Origin: an uncultured Acidobacteriota bacterium
GTDB taxonomy: Bacteria > Acidobacteriota > Vicinamibacteria > Fen-336
Length of the DNA: 64,000 bases
Direction of reading: 5' to 3'
Assembly: GCA_964574335.1 (NCBI GenBank)
Contig: CAZNNH010000008.1
Coordinates: 17,707 to 81,706, forward strand
A program made the translations under genes and the position numbers. The notes beneath the pieces were generated by a model. It was not told the origin of the DNA, ran no database searches, and saw nothing but the letters and a program-made list of their open reading frames with translations. Shown piece after piece: positions 43,692 through 52,542 of the stretch; positions within the stretch are counted from its first letter, which is position 1, and each line of letters starts with the position of its first letter.

Positions 43692-44516
43692 TCACTTGAA
43701 CACGACGTGGAACGAGTCCGGCCACAGCCGGGCCACCACCGCCGCGATCACCAGCAGCACGAAGGCCAGAAGCGACGCGCCGATGGTCCGCCGCGGGCTG
43801 AGCCGCAGGCCGCGGTCCAGGAACAGGACCGCCGCATAGACGAGGAAGACCGCGACCGTCAGCAGGAACTTGGGGTCGGAGCGGAACTTCGGGAACTCCG
43901 ACTGGGCCCAGATGCTGCCGTTGACGATGGTCAGCGCCAAGAACACCACCCCCACGGTGACCGCGCGCTGGCTCATCCGGTGGAGCGTCTCCAGGGGCGG
44001 CAGGCGCTGGTAGATCAAGCCGAAGCGGCTGGCCTTGAGCTCGTGGTAGAGCATCAGGAAGAGCACGCCGTAGACCGCCGAGACGGCAAAGGCGGCGTAG
44101 CCGATCACCGCGCTGATGGTGTGGGCCACGAACAGCGGGCTCTTGAGCACGTCCGGGAAGGTCCTGGAACCCTGGATGAACGCCGAGGAAAGGAGCTGGA
44201 GCAGCAGCGGAAGCGAGACCACGAAAAGCCCCGTCTCGAGCACCTTGGTGCGCCGCTCCACCCACAGGTAGGTGAGGGAGACGGCGAACGCGACCGAGCT
44301 CAGCACCTCGGGCGGGGTGGCCAGCGGCACGTGCCCGAACCGCAGGGTGAGCGCCAGCAGGAAGAGGGCGTGCACCGACACCGCCCCGTTCATCAGCCGG
44401 CGGGCGCCGCAGGCGGCCAGCGGGTCCCGCTTGAAAAAGTCCAGCGCGTACGCGGCCACCGCCAGCGCGTACAGGGTCGGAAGCACGGTGCCGAGGAGCT
44501 TGATCGCTGAGTCCAA
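43692..44516 (-). CDS. hemX: CcsA-like cytochrome c assembly family membrane protein (HemX-type)
   Basis: Eight TM helices with the CcsA-like fold. It sits immediately upstream of hemA, as in Bacillus hemAXCDBL. Confidence 0.65.
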   Translation of the reverse strand: MDSAIKLLGTVLPTLYALAVAAYALDFFKRDPLAACGARRLMNGAVSVHALFLLALTLRFGHVPLATPPEVLSSVAFAVSLTYLWVERRTKVLETGLFVVSLPLLLQLLSSAFIQGSRTFPDVLKSPLFVAHTISAVIGYAAFAVSAVYGVLFLMLYHELKASRFGLIYQRLPPLETLHRMSQRAVTVGVVFLALTIVNGSIWAQSEFPKFRSDPKFLLTVAVFLVYAAVLFLDRGLRLSPRRTIGASLLAFVLLVIAAVVARLWPDSFHVVFK

Positions 44517-44830
44517 TCTTCTCTACTCCCGGAGGGGCCTACGGCCGCAGGCCGTTCGAAGGGTCGGCGGGCGGTGTCCCCGGCCGGCGGGACGCCTCGG
44601 CTGGGCCCGATGCCGGCGGGTCCTAGGGCATCGAGCGCCGCGGCCATCGGGACGCCCTCCCGTTCTCGGCGCCTTCACCGGTGCGGTCAGCGACACGTTC
44701 CGCCGTGAGTCTGCCGAGCCACCCCCACCAAGTCATCGTAGCGCAACCCGCAGGCGGTGTCGCCCTGGGCCGCGATCCGCGGCCCCAAGCGCCCGCGGGC
44801 GCCAAGACGGCCGCGATGACCGGGTCTGGA

Positions 44831-45226
44831 TCAGGCCGTCCCTGGCTTCGCCACCTCGACCCGCAGGTCCGGGATGCCCGCGAAGTCGCGGGCGTTGCGA
44901 GTCAGGAGCACGGCCCCGTGGGCAGCCGCAGTCACGCCGATCGCCACATCGGCGGCGCGCTTGCGAGGCGATCCGAGACGGCGGAAGGCCTCGGCCGCCA
45001 GCCCGGCGGTCCGCTCCGAGAAGACCACCACGCCGTCCTCGCCCAGCAACGAGCGAGCCACCGCGAGCTGCTCGGGGGTACGGGGCCCGCGAGAGAACTC
45101 GTACCACGCGATGGCGCTCATCTGGAGCGTGGCGTCGGAGTCGGCCAGGGAGTGAAGCCGCCGTCGCTCCGGTCCGGTGGCCGAGAGCGCGTAGATCAGG
45201 AAGTCGGTATCGAGGTGATAGCGCAT
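44831..45226 (-). CDS. vapC: PIN-domain toxin VapC
   Basis: PIN acidic residues (the DTDF... motif at the N-terminus), about 130 aa. The ATG overlaps the vapB stop (TGATG). Confidence 0.8.
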   Translation of the reverse strand: MRYHLDTDFLIYALSATGPERRRLHSLADSDATLQMSAIAWYEFSRGPRTPEQLAVARSLLGEDGVVVFSERTAGLAAEAFRRLGSPRKRAADVAIGVTAAAHGAVLLTRNARDFAGIPDLRVEVAKPGTA

Positions 45227-45480
45227 CAGAAGCCCTGGTCTTCGGCCTTGAGCCGTTTCACCTCGGCGAGAGGATCGTTGTCTTTGAAGAGGTCCTCCAG
45301 CCGGCGCAGGGTCCGGACCCGCTCCCTTCGCCGCTCCCGAGACGGCCCAAGCTCCGCGTCGCGCTGCCGGATCAGCGCCCGGCGGGTGGCCTCGGAGAGA
45401 GAGCAGCCGTACTTGTGGGCGAGCTGCCGAGCCGCCTCCCGTGCCTTCTCGTCGAGGACCAGCGTGGTTCGTGACGCCAC
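45226..45480 (-). CDS. vapB: VapB-type antitoxin
   Basis: An 84-aa basic protein directly upstream of and coupled to vapC. A TATGCATA palindrome lies just upstream of its GTG start. Confidence 0.6.
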   Translation of the reverse strand: MASRTTLVLDEKAREAARQLAHKYGCSLSEATRRALIRQRDAELGPSRERRRERVRTLRRLEDLFKDNDPLAEVKRLKAEDQGF

Positions 45481-45516
45481 AACTTATGCATAGCATGGTT
45501 ATGGCAGTGCTGCAAC

Positions 45517-46716
45517 GTGATCCCGGGGCCGCGGCCCAGCCGCTTTGTCACACCTGTAGGCTCACCCACGGTCTACAATGCCGGCGTGGCCGGCCTCCCC
45601 ACCCCGACTGTCATCGCCGCCGCTCTCCGCTCCCAGGTGATCGGGCAGGAGGAGGCGATCCGCGAGATCTCGGTGGCGCTGGCCAAGAAGCTGGCCGGGC
45701 TCAACGTCGGCAACGTGCTGCTGATCGGCTCCTCGGGCTCCGGCAAGACCACGCTGATGCACGCGGTGGAAGGCTACCTGGCCTCGAACCCGGCCCTGGC
45801 TTCCCGCTCCACGGTGGTGCGGGTCCACGCCAACATCCTCGGGGAGGAGGCCGAGCGGGGGCACCCCGCCGAGAAGCTGCTCCGGCGCCTCCTGGACCGG
45901 GCTCGCCAGCAGCTCGGCCCGGACGCCCCCGCCGAGCGCCTGCTCGACCGGACCGCCCATGGCCTGGTCTTCATCGACGAGGTGGACAAGATCCGGGCGG
46001 TGGTGGGCTCCCGCCCCAGCGTGGCCGGGATCCGCGCCCAGGAAGCGCTGCTGACCCTGATCGAGAACGAGTCGGTCCCGTTCACGCTGCCGGAGTGGGC
46101 GGGCGGCGGCACCGTCAACCTCGACTCGCGCTCCCTGCTCTTCGTCTGCGCCGGCGCCTTCGAAGGGCTCTACGACGCGGTGCTCCACCGGGTCACGGAG
46201 GGGCGCGACAAGGGAGCCCTGAAGCCGGTGACGGTGGTCGACGACGACGGCCGGGCTCGCGAGGAGCTCCCCTTCTCGCTCGGCGAGTGGCTCAAGAGCG
46301 AGGACCTCTTCGAGTACGGTGTCACGCCCCAGTTCCTCTCCCGCTTCGACGCGGTGATCCTGCTGCAGCCGCTCGGCCAGGACGAGCTGCTGCGGATCTT
46401 CAAAGAAGGCGAGGACTCGGGACTGCGCCAGTCACAGCGCTACTTCGCCGCCTTCCGGCTGAGCCTCGAGGTCACCGACGGAGCCGCGCGACGGATCGCG
46501 CAGGCGGCGGCCCGCCAGCCGCGGCTCGGCGCCCGGGCCCTGAAGGAGGTCTTCCGGCGCATCGTCAGGCCGCTCGAGTTCGACCCCCGCGCCCAGGCCG
46601 GACCCGACGGCGTGGTCCGGATCGACGTGCCGCAGGTGGCCGAGGCGCTGGCCCGAGACCGCAAGGAGCTCTCGGGGACCTCCGAGGTCTCGGGCTGGCT
46701 TCCGCCGCCTTCCTAG
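45517..46716 (+). CDS. ClpX-like AAA+ unfoldase lacking the N-terminal zinc-binding domain (orphan). Start uncertain; an alternative GTG lies near 45586.
   Basis: LPTPTVIAAALRSQVIGQEEA matches the ClpX N-terminal region after the zinc-binding domain. Walker A GSSGSGKT and Walker B LVFIDEVDKI are present. No clpP is adjacent. Confidence 0.7.
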   Translation: MIPGPRPSRFVTPVGSPTVYNAGVAGLPTPTVIAAALRSQVIGQEEAIREISVALAKKLAGLNVGNVLLIGSSGSGKTTLMHAVEGYLASNPALASRSTVVRVHANILGEEAERGHPAEKLLRRLLDRARQQLGPDAPAERLLDRTAHGLVFIDEVDKIRAVVGSRPSVAGIRAQEALLTLIENESVPFTLPEWAGGGTVNLDSRSLLFVCAGAFEGLYDAVLHRVTEGRDKGALKPVTVVDDDGRAREELPFSLGEWLKSEDLFEYGVTPQFLSRFDAVILLQPLGQDELLRIFKEGEDSGLRQSQRYFAAFRLSLEVTDGAARRIAQAAARQPRLGARALKEVFRRIVRPLEFDPRAQAGPDGVVRIDVPQVAEALARDRKELSGTSEVSGWLPPPS

Positions 46717-46732
46717 CTTCAGCTACGGAACG

Positions 46733-47137
46733 CTATCCGCGGTAGCGCGCGTCGCCGAAGCCGAGGATCGGGTAGAAGACGAACGGCAGCACGATCATCC
46801 CGACCGCGAAGCCGGCGCCCTTCCCGAACTTGTCGGCCAGCGCCAGCGTCACCAGGATCGCCGCCACGAAGTTCACGAACGGGATCAGGAAGAGGATGAA
46901 CCACCAGAGCGGCTTGTCCACGATCTTGAGCAGCACCACCAGGTTGTAGATCGGGACGATCGCCGCCCAGCCCGGCTCTCCGGCCTTGGCGAACACCTTC
47001 CAGGCGGCCACCAGCATCAGCAGGGCGACGGCCAGCCAGATCAGGAACAAGCCCATCCCGACGACGCCGGCGATCGCGCCGGTGCCGTCGCCACCACCGT
47101 ACTCCTGAAACGCCAGCGCGACCAGTAGACTCTGCAC
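46733..47137 (-). CDS. Small membrane protein (3-4 TM helices)
   Basis: Hydrophobic ORF, divergent from the phosphatase gene. Confidence 0.5.
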   Translation of the reverse strand: MQSLLVALAFQEYGGGDGTGAIAGVVGMGLFLIWLAVALLMLVAAWKVFAKAGEPGWAAIVPIYNLVVLLKIVDKPLWWFILFLIPFVNFVAAILVTLALADKFGKGAGFAVGMIVLPFVFYPILGFGDARYRG

Positions 47138-47407
47138 GCGTCACCCCCCGGAGCTCGCGGCCCCTTGTCGTTTGTCTGTGGACGGAATCCAAGCATTCTG
47201 GCGCGCCGCGTTTGCGAACGCAACCGGAAAGTCGCAACGGGTGGGGCCGTCTCACCTGGCCGGCAGGGCCACCTGTCGCCCTGGCGCTTTTCGCAGATCC
47301 CCCCGCCGAACGTATAGTAACGGCAGCATGCGACACAGGTCCCGAGAGCCGACCCCAGGCTGGCCCTCCGCCGGTCGTCGCGAGGTCACTCCATCGAGCG
47401 GAGACCG

Positions 47408-49297
47408 ATGAACGCACCAAAAGCAGACCAGCCACCCGGGGCACGATACGGGGGCTCGAGCTGGCTTTCCCTGGCGGAGCGGGCGGTGCTGAGCTGCGCC
47501 TTCGCCGCCACCCTGGCCGGCACGCTCCTGACCGCACGCTCCCACCTCGTCCCCTACCAGACGCCGCTCAGCTTCGGTCTGGTCTTCTGGTTCTGGCTCT
47601 TCGTGCTCTACTCGGCGATCGTCTGGCCGGCGGCAGGCCTCCTCCGCCTGCTCGGTAGCCTGCTGGGGGGACGCGTTCCGGTGGCCCGGCTCTTCGCCGC
47701 CTGGGCCGTGGCGGCGGCGTCCTTCACCTTCCTGGCGGTGACGTTGTCGCTCAACTGGCGGGCGGGACGGGACCTGTTCGGCCTCGAGGGGCCGGAGCGG
47801 TTCGAGTGGCTGCTCCCGGTCGCCAGCGCCGCTGCCGTCCTCGGCCTGCTGGCCGAGGTCGTCCCCCTGCGTCGGCGCTGGCCCAGCCGGCTGCTGGCGT
47901 TGTTGGCCGTCGGCTCGGGCATCGCAGCACTGTGGCCGGCCACGCCACCGGCGCAGGAGCGGCCGATGCTGGCGGGCGCCCTGACCGGCCAGCGGTTCCT
48001 GCTGGTCGGCCTGGATGCCGCCGACTGGTCGCTCGCCGACCGCCTCATCGAACGCGGTGAGCTTCCGGTGCTGGCCGACCTCAAGCGTCGCGGCGCCTGG
48101 GGACCGCTCGGCACCCTGCGGCCGACCCAGTCCCCCGAGATCTGGACCACGATCTTCACCGGTTGGCCGCCGTGGCGGCACGGCATCATCGGCTTCACCC
48201 GCCCCCGCATCGCCGGCGTCCTCGAGGTGCTGCCCCGGTTCCGGCAGCAGCGCGGCACCGGCTTCGAGACGCTTCAGGCCGAGCTGCAGCGCCGCCTGGT
48301 GATCCACGAGGTTCCCGTCAACAGCGACATGCGCCGCTTCCCCGCCTACTGGAACATCGCCTCGGCCTACGCCTCGCCGACCAACGTCGTCACCATCTGG
48401 CCCACCTGGCCGGCCGAGGAGATCACCGGAGCGTTGGTGACCGAGCGGGCCGTGCTCTGGCCGCCGAGCCGTGACCGGCAGCCCCCGCCGCGGCTGACGT
48501 ATCCCGAGTCGCTGTTCGGGGAGATCGCTCACCTGGTGCTCCAGACCGACGACCTGGACCCCGAGCTGGCACGACGCTACATGGACGTCACCCTCGACGA
48601 GCTGGCCGAGATCCGGGCGCGGCCCCAGAGCGGCCCGTGGGACACCTTCCACCAGTGGGACCGGTTCGTGGCCCGACACCAGACGGCCGAGGGAATCACC
48701 CTCCACCTGCTTCGCACCCGGATGGGACGCGACGGCCGGCCCGCCGACACCGTGGTCTGGTTCGACCTCGTGGACAAGCTCTGCCACACCGCCCTCCGCT
48801 GCTCGGAGCTGGTGGACGAGCCGGTCTGCGAGCCCGAGGAGCAGCGCCGGCTCTCACGGGTGGTGAGCGAGGCATACCGCGCCGCCGACGCCACGCTGGG
48901 AAGGCTGGTCGAGGCCTTCGGGGACGGCAACGTGATCGTGGTCTCGGACCACGGCTTCGGGCGCGACCCGCAGGCGGGGGCCACTGCCTACACCCACCGT
49001 CTTGGCCCGCCCGGCATCTTCGTGGCGGCCGGGCCCGCCTTCCACAGCACCCGGGTCGAAGGTCTGACGGTCTACGAGGTGCTGCCGACCTTGCTCCGGC
49101 TGAAGGGCTTCGCCCTGGCCAGGGACCTGCCGGGCCGGGTCCCCGACCCGGCGTTCCGTCCGGCGTTCCTGGCCGGAAGCCCGGTGGTCTGGATCCCGAG
49201 CTACGGGCGGCGCGGGGTGCTCCAGCCGGCCAGCGCCGAGACGGCCAAGGACGAGCAGGTCATGGAGGAGCTCCGCGGCATCGGCTACATCGAGTAG
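47408..49297 (+). CDS. Membrane-anchored alkaline phosphatase / type I phosphodiesterase-nucleotide pyrophosphatase family protein
   Basis: N-terminal TM helices, then FLLVGLDAADW, which matches the PF01663 metal-site motif, and a VVSDHGF-type motif later. Confidence 0.7.
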   Translation: MNAPKADQPPGARYGGSSWLSLAERAVLSCAFAATLAGTLLTARSHLVPYQTPLSFGLVFWFWLFVLYSAIVWPAAGLLRLLGSLLGGRVPVARLFAAWAVAAASFTFLAVTLSLNWRAGRDLFGLEGPERFEWLLPVASAAAVLGLLAEVVPLRRRWPSRLLALLAVGSGIAALWPATPPAQERPMLAGALTGQRFLLVGLDAADWSLADRLIERGELPVLADLKRRGAWGPLGTLRPTQSPEIWTTIFTGWPPWRHGIIGFTRPRIAGVLEVLPRFRQQRGTGFETLQAELQRRLVIHEVPVNSDMRRFPAYWNIASAYASPTNVVTIWPTWPAEEITGALVTERAVLWPPSRDRQPPPRLTYPESLFGEIAHLVLQTDDLDPELARRYMDVTLDELAEIRARPQSGPWDTFHQWDRFVARHQTAEGITLHLLRTRMGRDGRPADTVVWFDLVDKLCHTALRCSELVDEPVCEPEEQRRLSRVVSEAYRAADATLGRLVEAFGDGNVIVVSDHGFGRDPQAGATAYTHRLGPPGIFVAAGPAFHSTRVEGLTVYEVLPTLLRLKGFALARDLPGRVPDPAFRPAFLAGSPVVWIPSYGRRGVLQPASAETAKDEQVMEELRGIGYIE

Positions 49298-49346
49298 CCT
49301 GCCAGCGGACGGAAGGAGCGCCCCTCTCGAGGGGACAGGAGCCGCC

Positions 49347-50837
49347 ATGGACGACCCCACCGCGTTGAGCCCCCACCGGCTGGTACGGGCCCTCGGCAAG
49401 CCAGCCCGGGACTTCACCAAGCGCGACATCATCCGCTTCGTCGAGGAGAACGACGTCAGGATGCTCAACTTCCGCTACGTGGCCGGGGACGGGCGCCTGA
49501 AGAAGCTCAACTTCGTCATCAACAGCCGCTCCCACCTGGACCGGATCCTCACCGCCGGCGAGCGGGTGGACGGGTCCAACCTCTTCTCCTTCGTCCCCGC
49601 CGACTCGAGCGACCTCTACGTGGTGCCCCGCTACCGCACCGCCTTCGTCAACCCCTTCGCCGACGTTCCCACCGTGGACCTGATCTGCTCCTTCTACGAC
49701 GAGCGGGGGCTGCCTCTGGAGAGCGCTCCCGAACGCGTCGTGAGCAAGGCCCAGGACATCCTGCGCCAGCGTACCGGCCTGACCATGGAGGCCCTGGGCG
49801 AGTTGGAGTACTACCTCTTCTCGGAGGTCGACCGCATCTACCCGATCGTGGAGCAGAAGGGCTACCACGAGTCGCACCCGTTCTCGAAGTGGGGCCTGGT
49901 GCGGCGCGAGGCGATGAAGCACATCGCCGAGATGGGGGGGCAGATCAAGTACGGCCACGCCGAGGTGGGCAACATCCTCCACCAAGACCGGGAGATGGTC
50001 CAGCAGGAGATCGAGCTCCTGCCCGAGCCGATCGAGGACGCGGCCGACCAACTGGTGAAGGCCAAGTGGGTGCTGCGCGAGGTGGCCTACAAGGCGGGCC
50101 TGGAGGTGACCTTCGCCCCGAAGATCACCGTCGGCCACGCCGGCAGCGGCCTGCACGTCCACTCCCGCCTGATGCGGGACGGCGTGAACGTGATGGCCGA
50201 CCAGCAAGGTCTCACCGAGACGGCCAGAAGGCTGATCGCCGGTCTGCTGACGAGCGCGGAGTCGCTGACCGCCTTCTCCAACACGGTCCCCACCTCGTTC
50301 CTGCGCCTGGTGCCCCACCAGGAGGCCCCCACCAGCATCTGCTGGGGCGACCGGAACCGCTCGGTGCTGGTACGGGTGCCGCTGAGCTGGATCGGCGTGG
50401 GCGACCGGATGGTGCGGGACGCCAACCCCCTCGAGCCGCCGGAGGACGTCGGGCCAGTCGACTCGAACCAGACCGTGGAGCTACGGAGCCCGGATGGATC
50501 GGCCAACGCCCACCTGCTGCTGGCGGGCATGGCGGTCGCCGCCAGGTACGGCCTCGAGCACCCCGACGCCCTCGAGATCGCCGACCGGCTCTACGTGCGC
50601 AAGGGCGCCTCAGGGACGACGCCGCTGCGGCAGCTCCCCGCCTCCTGCCACGAGTCCGCCGAGTGCCTGAGGCGGGAGCGGGCGCGCTACGAGGAGGGGG
50701 GCGTCTTCCCCCCCGGCCTGATCGACTCGATCGCCCGTGACCTCGAGGCCCACGACGACCTGAACCTCAGCGAGAAGCTGTTCGGCGATGCCGACAGCCT
50801 GAAGCTCCTGGTCCAGCGCCACCTCCACTGCGGCTGA
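49347..50837 (+). CDS. Glutamine synthetase family protein (GS catalytic-domain homolog, function uncertain)
   Basis: A GS beta-grasp plus catalytic domain (EYYLF...HAEVG..., HVHSRL). It is divergent from canonical GlnA. Confidence 0.7.
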   Translation: MDDPTALSPHRLVRALGKPARDFTKRDIIRFVEENDVRMLNFRYVAGDGRLKKLNFVINSRSHLDRILTAGERVDGSNLFSFVPADSSDLYVVPRYRTAFVNPFADVPTVDLICSFYDERGLPLESAPERVVSKAQDILRQRTGLTMEALGELEYYLFSEVDRIYPIVEQKGYHESHPFSKWGLVRREAMKHIAEMGGQIKYGHAEVGNILHQDREMVQQEIELLPEPIEDAADQLVKAKWVLREVAYKAGLEVTFAPKITVGHAGSGLHVHSRLMRDGVNVMADQQGLTETARRLIAGLLTSAESLTAFSNTVPTSFLRLVPHQEAPTSICWGDRNRSVLVRVPLSWIGVGDRMVRDANPLEPPEDVGPVDSNQTVELRSPDGSANAHLLLAGMAVAARYGLEHPDALEIADRLYVRKGASGTTPLRQLPASCHESAECLRRERARYEEGGVFPPGLIDSIARDLEAHDDLNLSEKLFGDADSLKLLVQRHLHCG

Positions 50838-50892
50838 GGCTAGAAGACGTAGCCGGCCGGGGTCTGGAGCTCGTCGCGTGGCTGGGGGGCTG

Positions 50893-52509
50893 TCAGCTCG
50901 GCGAGGACCCGCCTCGGAGCACGAACAGCGCGGTGGTCGCGTCGGTATTGCCGGGTGAGAGCTCGAGCACCTTCTCGAACATCCGGATCGCCTCTTCGGA
51001 GCGACGCCGCCCCTGGCAGATGGTCCCGAGCAGGAGGTGGGCGTGAACGTGCCGGGGGTCCTCGGCGATGACCGACCTGAGGATCTCCTCCGCCCGGTCG
51101 AGCCACCGCGGGTTCTTGGCGGTGGCGTGGGCCAGGTACACCTGCATCAGGTGCCTCATCGCCGGCTCGTGCGTGTACGGGATGGCGAACTGGAGGGTCT
51201 GGATGGCATCCCAGTAGTGGCGCCCCGAGATGAGCTGGCGCGCGTCCCGCAGCACCCGCTCGGCGGCGGCCCGGTCGAGGTCCACGTCGTCGGTCGGCTC
51301 GGCGGGCTTCGGCTGCTGGCTCTCCCTGAGCTTCCGGTCGTAGAAGGCCCGGCTCTCCGGATCGGTCAGCGTGTTGAGCGCGAAGCCGAGGCGGATCACG
51401 ATCGACTGGGCCGGCCGCTTGAGGTCAGCCAGACCGCTCTGTCCCACCATGTCGGGGTGATAGCGCTTGGCGAGGCGGGCATAGGCGGCCTTGACCTGCT
51501 CGGGGCTGGCGTCGGGCGAGAGACCCAGCGCCTCGTAGTGGGAGAGGCTCTTGACCCGCTGGTAGGTCTCGAGCACCGCCGCCCGCACCGACTGGACCTT
51601 GGGCTCCGCCGAGGGCGGCGGAGGGCTCGGCGTTCCTGGCTCGGGGCCGGCCGACTCGGCTGCCGGCGATGCCTTGGCGACGGAGGCGGCGGCTGGCTGT
51701 GCGCGCGAGGGCGGCGGCGTCTGCATCTGCTGGCCCGGCCCGGTGAGGCGCTCGGGGGCCCGACGGCCGACGAACTTGAGGCCCAGGCGCTTGATCTTGT
51801 CGGGACCCACCCACACCATCCGGACCTCGGCCTGGGTCCGGAAGTCGCCGCCGATCTCCTCGATCTCCACCAGGTCCGCCTGGCTCACCGAAGGGGCCTC
51901 GGTGAGCACCCGCGCCCCGTGCCGGCCGATGTTGTCGGCGATCGTGATCTCCTTCTTGACCACGTTGCCCGCCGAGTCGAGGAGCTTGAGGAACAGGTTG
52001 ACGTGCATCTCCCGCCGCGGCTCGCGACGACGTTCCTGTCGCGTCGAGGTCCGGCCCGTCTCCGGCTTCGGTGCCGGGACGGGCGCGGAGGCCGGAACGC
52101 CAGCCGACCCCGATGGCGCCGGCTTCGGGGTGGGCTCGGCGGGCGGGGCCACCTGCGGGCGGGCAGGCCGCGCCTCCTGCCGGGGCCGCTCCAGCTCGGC
52201 CCCCACCAGCGGGCTCCAGACCGGCCGGGTCTCGGACGACACCTCCGCCTGTCGCCGGGACGGGCCGCGGATCCGGGCCGCCGGCGCCGACAGCGCCTCG
52301 GGTATGGGACCCCTGTACCGGAGGGCCGCCGGGAGGTCCGAGGCCGGTGTCTTTGGAGCTCGTGGCGACGACGGCGCGGCCACGGGGGCCGCCGCCTGTG
52401 CCCGCTTCGAGGTCGGGACCGAGGACACCGGCGGGAGCAGCGGCTCGCCACACTCCGCACAGGTGGTGGCCGTCTCCGGGTTGTCCTTGAGGCAAGCGGG
52501 GCAGTACAC
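50893..52509 (-). CDS. Multidomain J-protein: zinc ribbon, PilZ-like domain, DnaJ J-domain, C-terminal TPR
   Basis: CPAC...CAEC zinc ribbon; a PilZ-like RREPRREMHV...DNIGRHGARV; the J-domain YEALGLSPDASPEQVKAAYARLAKRYHPD; and C-terminal TPR. The likely GTG start is at VYCPAC. Confidence 0.65.
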   Translation of the reverse strand: MYCPACLKDNPETATTCAECGEPLLPPVSSVPTSKRAQAAAPVAAPSSPRAPKTPASDLPAALRYRGPIPEALSAPAARIRGPSRRQAEVSSETRPVWSPLVGAELERPRQEARPARPQVAPPAEPTPKPAPSGSAGVPASAPVPAPKPETGRTSTRQERRREPRREMHVNLFLKLLDSAGNVVKKEITIADNIGRHGARVLTEAPSVSQADLVEIEEIGGDFRTQAEVRMVWVGPDKIKRLGLKFVGRRAPERLTGPGQQMQTPPPSRAQPAAASVAKASPAAESAGPEPGTPSPPPPSAEPKVQSVRAAVLETYQRVKSLSHYEALGLSPDASPEQVKAAYARLAKRYHPDMVGQSGLADLKRPAQSIVIRLGFALNTLTDPESRAFYDRKLRESQQPKPAEPTDDVDLDRAAAERVLRDARQLISGRHYWDAIQTLQFAIPYTHEPAMRHLMQVYLAHATAKNPRWLDRAEEILRSVIAEDPRHVHAHLLLGTICQGRRRSEEAIRMFEKVLELSPGNTDATTALFVLRGGSSPS

Positions 52510-52542
52510 GGGGATTCGACGACATGGTAACGCGGACCCGTC

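Noticed and set aside
45517-45585. A possible sigma70 promoter TTGTCA...TACAAT just inside the 5' end of the ClpX-like ORF
   Set aside because: The spacing between the hexamers is about 23 nt, too long for a canonical promoter. I kept it only as an argument that the true start may be the downstream GTG.
47200-47240. Near-palindrome GCGTTTGCGAACGCAAC in the divergent intergenic region between the small membrane protein and the AlkP-family gene
   Set aside because: The arms are imperfect (TTGCG-AA-CGCAA) and there is only a single copy, so evidence for an operator is insufficient.
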